DNA of 20,000 nucleotides from IMG/VR virus record IMGVR_UViG_3300050821_012144; one strand, 5' to 3'. The notes beneath the pieces are model-generated. The model had not been told where the DNA came from. It searched no databases and was given only the letters and a program-made list of their open reading frames with translations. The position numbers and the translations under genes are program-made. This stretch comes from an uncultured virus (IMG/VR IMGVR_UViG_3300050821_012144). Lineage: Duplodnaviria; Heunggongvirae; Uroviricota; Caudoviricetes. Shown one piece after another: positions 16,041 through 20,000 of the stretch. The stretch's first letter is position 1. Every line of letters starts with the position of its first letter.

Positions 16041-16309
16041 AGACGCACTGGTTATATGGTCGAGGACCGAACAACGTCCTAGATTTCAAGCGCGAGATCG
16101 ACGAGGAGAGCGACTGCTCGAAGTGCATCCATAGTGAAGTGTGCGACCGAGACATGGAGAAGCGTTGCGAAAACTATGTGTTCGGTACTAGCGCGCATCG
16201 GCATTGTCAAAGCTGCCTGCATAGGTACACTCGATATGACAACAAAGAGCCTGTACCTTGTTTCTCATGCCCTTGGTTTCAGGAAAAGGACGAAGAGACT
16301 ATTGCATGA
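16037..16309 (+). CDS. Cys-rich hypothetical protein
   Basis: CSKCxHxxxC, CQSCLH, CFSC; ATGA overlap. Confidence 0.75.
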   Translation: MKTHWLYGRGPNNVLDFKREIDEESDCSKCIHSEVCDRDMEKRCENYVFGTSAHRHCQSCLHRYTRYDNKEPVPCFSCPWFQEKDEETIA

Positions 16310-16335
16310 TTTCCACAAAGAGATTTCCACAAAGA
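16308..16335. repeat. exact 14-bp tandem duplication
   Basis: gatttccacaaaga twice (16308-16321, 16322-16335) in an intergenic gap. Confidence 0.9.
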
Positions 16336-16357
16336 TCGTAGCCTGCACCACAACTAA

Positions 16358-16612
16358 ATGCCTGAAGTTTTTGTAGACGATACTAATTTTGAGCTTTACC
16401 GCCAGTGTGAAATTCGACGTCCGTCAGAGGAGAAAATACTCCTAGGCATGCGCTTCCCTGCCGGCTATTACTTTGACATCATTTGGATCAAGTCAGATAT
16501 TGCTAAGAAGAACAACGTGATTGTTGACGAACACGGTAACACTTGGACGATAGCCGAAGTCTACGGAGCCAAGAAAATGCCGTCTCAAAGAATAGGGTTT
16601 AAGCAGAAATGA
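16358..16612 (+). CDS. hypothetical protein
   Basis: 84 aa beta-rich ORF. Confidence 0.7.
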   Translation: MPEVFVDDTNFELYRQCEIRRPSEEKILLGMRFPAGYYFDIIWIKSDIAKKNNVIVDEHGNTWTIAEVYGAKKMPSQRIGFKQK

Positions 16613-16803
16613 GAAGTCCACCGTTACCCGACGACGATGAAACCTTAAAATTTATCCGTCAATACGGCTGTTTTTGTGGGGGATCGGGAACCTACTATGA
16701 CTACAATTGTGGCGAACAACTGGAACTTACCTGTCCGCATTGTCGAGGAACAGGCAAACGCGTCTGTAAGTGTGTCAAGGTAAGCCTAAAATGTCCAAGC
16801 TGA
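16609..16803 (+). CDS. DnaJ-type zinc-finger mini-protein
   Basis: CFCGGSG and CPHCRGTG motifs; ATGA overlap. Confidence 0.65.
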   Translation: MRSPPLPDDDETLKFIRQYGCFCGGSGTYYDYNCGEQLELTCPHCRGTGKRVCKCVKVSLKCPS

Positions 16804-16922
16804 AACCTAAACAGGTTAAGAAAAGGTGCCGTCACAAATGGGGTCCATGGCGTTACGGAGGCTCGTTTGAGGATGGCACCACACGACGCTGTATCAAGTG
16901 CTATAAGGTCCAAGTACAATAA
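16791..16922 (+). CDS. 43-aa CxHxW...CxxC mini-protein (not in ORF track)
   Basis: MSKLKPKQVKKRCRHKWGPWRYGGSFEDGTTRRCIKCYKVQVQ*; fills the gap up to ATG 16927. Confidence 0.6.
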   Translation: MSKLKPKQVKKRCRHKWGPWRYGGSFEDGTTRRCIKCYKVQVQ

Positions 16923-16926
16923 AGTT

Positions 16927-17343
16927 ATGCCTAATGTCAGATTGATGTGCATCGACGATACGTGTCGAAATGTAGAAATTCGAGACGTCGAAGTTGATGC
17001 TACCGGCAGGGTATTGGCTCGACAGGTCTGTACGATTCCTCGTGAGGAGGGCGGCTTTACACGTTCGGCAGGTGACCCATGTAATTCACGTATGGACGTC
17101 CTTACAGACTTCGCCCGTCAGTGCATTGATTGGTTACATTCAGGGCGGACTTTCGGATTTGATACGATCCTAATTGCAGCTAGATCAGTATTCCCTGAAG
17201 GGTTTAATCGATCTTTAGCCGAAGAATTTGAAGTAGCTGAATCAACAATAGACTGTTGGGCAAAGGGGACAGCTCACCCTCACCCGTATCTTCAAAATCA
17301 AGTTGTTAGGAGTTTGTTATGGAAGAACGGGTTTGGCGCGTAA
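16927..17343 (+). CDS. Cys-containing protein with C-terminal Cro/XRE-like HTH
   Basis: SLAEEFEVAESTIDCWAKGTAHPH is HTH-like; ATG 16927 preferred over TTG 16867. Confidence 0.65.
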   Translation: MPNVRLMCIDDTCRNVEIRDVEVDATGRVLARQVCTIPREEGGFTRSAGDPCNSRMDVLTDFARQCIDWLHSGRTFGFDTILIAARSVFPEGFNRSLAEEFEVAESTIDCWAKGTAHPHPYLQNQVVRSLLWKNGFGA

Positions 17344-17528
17344 TTACCAGGCTAGATCAGGCGCGGTGCTCAGCACGTGAGGTCTATATGCGTATCCTTT
17401 GCACGTGGGCGTTCTCTGGCTTTGAAGGGTCCGGATGGGCTTTACGTAGAATACAACGACGGCGTCCATGTGATTGGGTCGAGCGTATGCTAGGGGTAGT
17501 TGAAGACCGGCAAGACACTCGATTCTAG
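17319..17528 (+). CDS. possible small hypothetical protein (start uncertain)
   Basis: Fills the gap on the + strand; no motif. Confidence 0.35.
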   Translation: MEERVWRVITRLDQARCSAREVYMRILCTWAFSGFEGSGWALRRIQRRRPCDWVERMLGVVEDRQDTRF

Positions 17529-17877
17529 ATCGAAACTAAGCTTGAAATATTTCTTGTTCAAGCTATTCGAATTCTTACATAATAGGCTCAGACGTAAGAT
17601 GCCCTTCGAAAATGTCGTCATACATATGGACGGCCCGATCTGTCAGTGTAAAGTACACAATCTTTCATGGTCGTGTCCAACCGATACAGCAGGACATACA
17701 TACTTAGTCATCAAATGTAATACCTGTATGGTGACACTTACAGTGCCTCATGAAAAGTTCATAGCAGGTTGGCAATTAAAAATTCCATATCCAGGTGAAG
17801 ACGTGTCGGGTGAGGGAGCACCAAAAACACCTGCTGATCCAAAACGCGGCAACGTGAAGGATAAATTGCCGAACTAA
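17500..17877 (+). CDS. hypothetical protein with CxC...CxxC (start possibly ATG 17599)
   Basis: ICQC...IKCNTC. Confidence 0.65.
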   Translation: MKTGKTLDSRSKLSLKYFLFKLFEFLHNRLRRKMPFENVVIHMDGPICQCKVHNLSWSCPTDTAGHTYLVIKCNTCMVTLTVPHEKFIAGWQLKIPYPGEDVSGEGAPKTPADPKRGNVKDKLPN

Positions 17878-17922
17878 GGCCTTGACTTGGGTTATTGTTT
17901 CGTGCCAAGTACATTGGCTCTA

Positions 17923-18276
17923 ATGAGCCACAAGTATTACAACCGCCTTGCCAGCTGGGTCGTCGAGGAAGAAGTCAAACGTGTCACAAAAATGGTCGAG
18001 AGTCTTACGCAAGAGTTCAAGGATTTGCGGAACGCTGCAGGATTTATCGCTGATATTGTCGATCTGGAATATGAATACGCTAAGAGCTTTGGGATCGACA
18101 AAGACTGGCCATATACGGCTCAGGAACTCAACTCGCACACTTATTTAGGACCGTTCACTGGGAGCTTTACGCGCATCAACGGAGAAAGCGTTACTTGGGA
18201 GCGCGTTAAACCAGGCGATCTGCGCACGGGTGATATCCTATTAGGCTGTGTGCATGATTGGTATAAGTACGCATAG
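17923..18276 (+). CDS. hypothetical protein
   Basis: ATG 17923 lies 41 nt after TTGACT (17882) and inside the inverted repeat TGGCTC-TAAT-GAGCCA. Confidence 0.7.
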   Translation: MSHKYYNRLASWVVEEEVKRVTKMVESLTQEFKDLRNAAGFIADIVDLEYEYAKSFGIDKDWPYTAQELNSHTYLGPFTGSFTRINGESVTWERVKPGDLRTGDILLGCVHDWYKYA

Positions 18277-18294
18277 CCTTATCGAGACTACAAA

Positions 18295-18570
18295 GTGAGG
18301 ATTGATTCTATTACACATAGCGGTACCTATTGGTCCGTAAAGAGTACGGTTCATAATGACGATGGAAGCCCGTTGTTGGAGGAGTCTGACATAGACACGA
18401 AATTTGAAGATCGTCATGGCTTTATGGTTCAGCTTCCACGGGCTAATGCATCAGAAGTCGCTCAGGTAACCAAGGGCAATGACCGATTTCCGCATACATG
18501 CCTCATTTGTGGCCGGCGTGCGTATCTAGGCATGACGACCGAACATGAAGACGGCCGAGATTGTAAATAA
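18295..18570 (+). CDS. hypothetical protein with C-terminal HxCxxCG
   Basis: FPHTCLICGRRAYLG; TAATG-coupled to the next gene. Confidence 0.7.
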   Translation: MRIDSITHSGTYWSVKSTVHNDDGSPLLEESDIDTKFEDRHGFMVQLPRANASEVAQVTKGNDRFPHTCLICGRRAYLGMTTEHEDGRDCK

Positions 18571-18782
18571 TGGACGCTATCCAAGGACAAGCGTTAGCAG
18601 TCATCAAGAAGAATCCTGGCTCACGTACTAGCCGGATCGTCGAGCTATTAGCCCTTCCGCGCAAATCCGTCGAGGATGCTATTTGGGAACTGTGGAGCAA
18701 CGGTACAATTGAAATTGACCCTGACTCTACGTTGCGTGTCACACGAGAGGGCGAGAAAGTATTTCGTTACTTCTACCCATGA
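18570..18782 (+). CDS. winged helix-turn-helix protein
   Basis: IKKNPGSRTSRIVELLALPRKSVEDAIWELWSNGTIEI...VTREGEK, typical wHTH pattern. Confidence 0.75.
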   Translation: MDAIQGQALAVIKKNPGSRTSRIVELLALPRKSVEDAIWELWSNGTIEIDPDSTLRVTREGEKVFRYFYP

Positions 18783-18964
18783 AGAGAATCAAAGTGATCA
18801 ATATCAAGCGTCCGCCGGTTATTTCTCGTAACGAAATCGCTAAGGCATTGGGCGCTGAATGGCTCTGTATGTACTGCAGCCAAATCTTCAGGACTAACTT
18901 CGGCCACGCACAGGCGCACACGCCGTGCTGTGTATCCGGTTGTGGCTGTAACTGTAAGGACTAA
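18779..18964 (+). CDS. small Cys/His-rich protein
   Basis: CMYC...H...CCVSGCGCNC; ATGA overlap. Confidence 0.6.
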   Translation: MKRIKVINIKRPPVISRNEIAKALGAEWLCMYCSQIFRTNFGHAQAHTPCCVSGCGCNCKD

Positions 18965-18969
18965 GGAAT

Positions 18970-19347
18970 ATGTTCGGCGAACCTAAAGATACAGCAGGGA
19001 ATTGTAATGCGCGCTTATGGATTGCCGACAATTACGGTGATGGGTCAGCCACTATGCGCTGTCAGCTTCCGCTAGGACATGTCGGGCTCCATACCGAGAA
19101 ATTTCTTCGTGGTGATGAAGGCGAGCACGAAGTAACTGTCACATGGCCTCACGATGAGCGTAAGCTATGCGACCACGGCTGTGGTCGGTGGAAGCACGAG
19201 TGTCGCGAAGATGGCAACGAGATGTGTCTGTACAACCACCCTGATCACGAACACGAAAGTTGCCCGTGGTGTCACCCAGGATGGAAGTTGGCAATTCTAC
19301 TCAATCCATATTTGTTATCAGACCGTGATCACTTAAAAATAAATTGA
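18970..19347 (+). CDS. Cys/His-rich hypothetical protein
   Basis: C...CQLPLGHVGLH, CDHGC, CPWCH; AAGGA RBS upstream. Confidence 0.75.
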   Translation: MFGEPKDTAGNCNARLWIADNYGDGSATMRCQLPLGHVGLHTEKFLRGDEGEHEVTVTWPHDERKLCDHGCGRWKHECREDGNEMCLYNHPDHEHESCPWCHPGWKLAILLNPYLLSDRDHLKIN

Positions 19348-19371
19348 AATTAACTACTAAAGAAATACGTT
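19345..19371 (+). promoter_or_regulatory. putative ECF-sigma-type promoter TGAAAT-N17-CGTT
   Basis: TGAAAT 19345-19350, CGTT 19368-19371, ATG 12 nt later at 19384. Confidence 0.7.
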
Positions 19372-19383
19372 ACAGGTTTATAT

Positions 19384-19679
19384 ATGAAGAAGCAAAACCA
19401 AGAAATCGCTGATCGTGGCCCCAACTGGCAACCGATCGAGAAGGGTCGCAAGTACAAGGTCCACACGCACCTCGGAATCTATATTGGTGTACTTGTGCAC
19501 GCCACGATGGACGAGCTGACCCTTGACACGTGCTCGTGGGTGGAGCACGAAGGCAGGATGGGGCATTTCACGCGCACGGGCATGGGACACGAGGCCAGCG
19601 AGTTCCTCGGCGACGGGATCGTGGTGCCCAGGAACAGCGTGAAGATGCCGTTCCGCGGAGATCTCCCAACGGAGGATGT

Positions 19680-19683
<4 letters not shown>
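19384..19683 (+). CDS. small Sm/SH3-like beta-barrel protein (DUF6948-like, tentative)
   Basis: G+xYxVxT...YIGxLV......LxLxxxxWV...GR pattern; coupled to the downstream repeat gene. Confidence 0.7.

Positions 19684-20000
<317 letters not shown>

Noticed and set aside
17543..17570. Sixth TGAAAT promoter copy
   Set aside because: No CGTT at 17-18 nt spacing.

Overview
Phage-like (probably large dsDNA phage or prophage) accessory/early-gene region. About 45 tightly packed, mostly small + strand ORFs with ATGA/TAATG-type translational coupling and few Shine-Dalgarno sites. I saw no structural, tRNA, rRNA or CRISPR features. Recognisable products are a BrnT/CopG(BrnA)-like pair at the left edge, a lipoprotein, a secreted metzincin-type protease, a large protein ending in a PEP-utiliser phosphohistidine (swivel) domain, one reverse-strand zinc-finger/Vsr-DUF559-like endonuclease, a MoxR-like AAA ATPase with a DUF2201-type metallopeptidase-vWA partner, a class I SAM methyltransferase-like protein, and many small Cys/His-rich proteins. 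Patterns not in the ORF track: (1) five intergenic copies of an ECF-sigma-like promoter YGRAAT-N17/18-CGTT, three of them exactly 8 nt from an ATG, plus a second CTTGAC class about 40 nt upstream of ATGs; (2) two tandem paralogs that both continue in the +1 frame past a TAG-C stop; (3) a terminal gene ending in at least 59 consecutive NNC codons (AGC/ATC/CGC/ACC); (4) several recent tandem duplications. A Myxococcota-type host is a weak inference. All family names come from motif recognition, not database searches.
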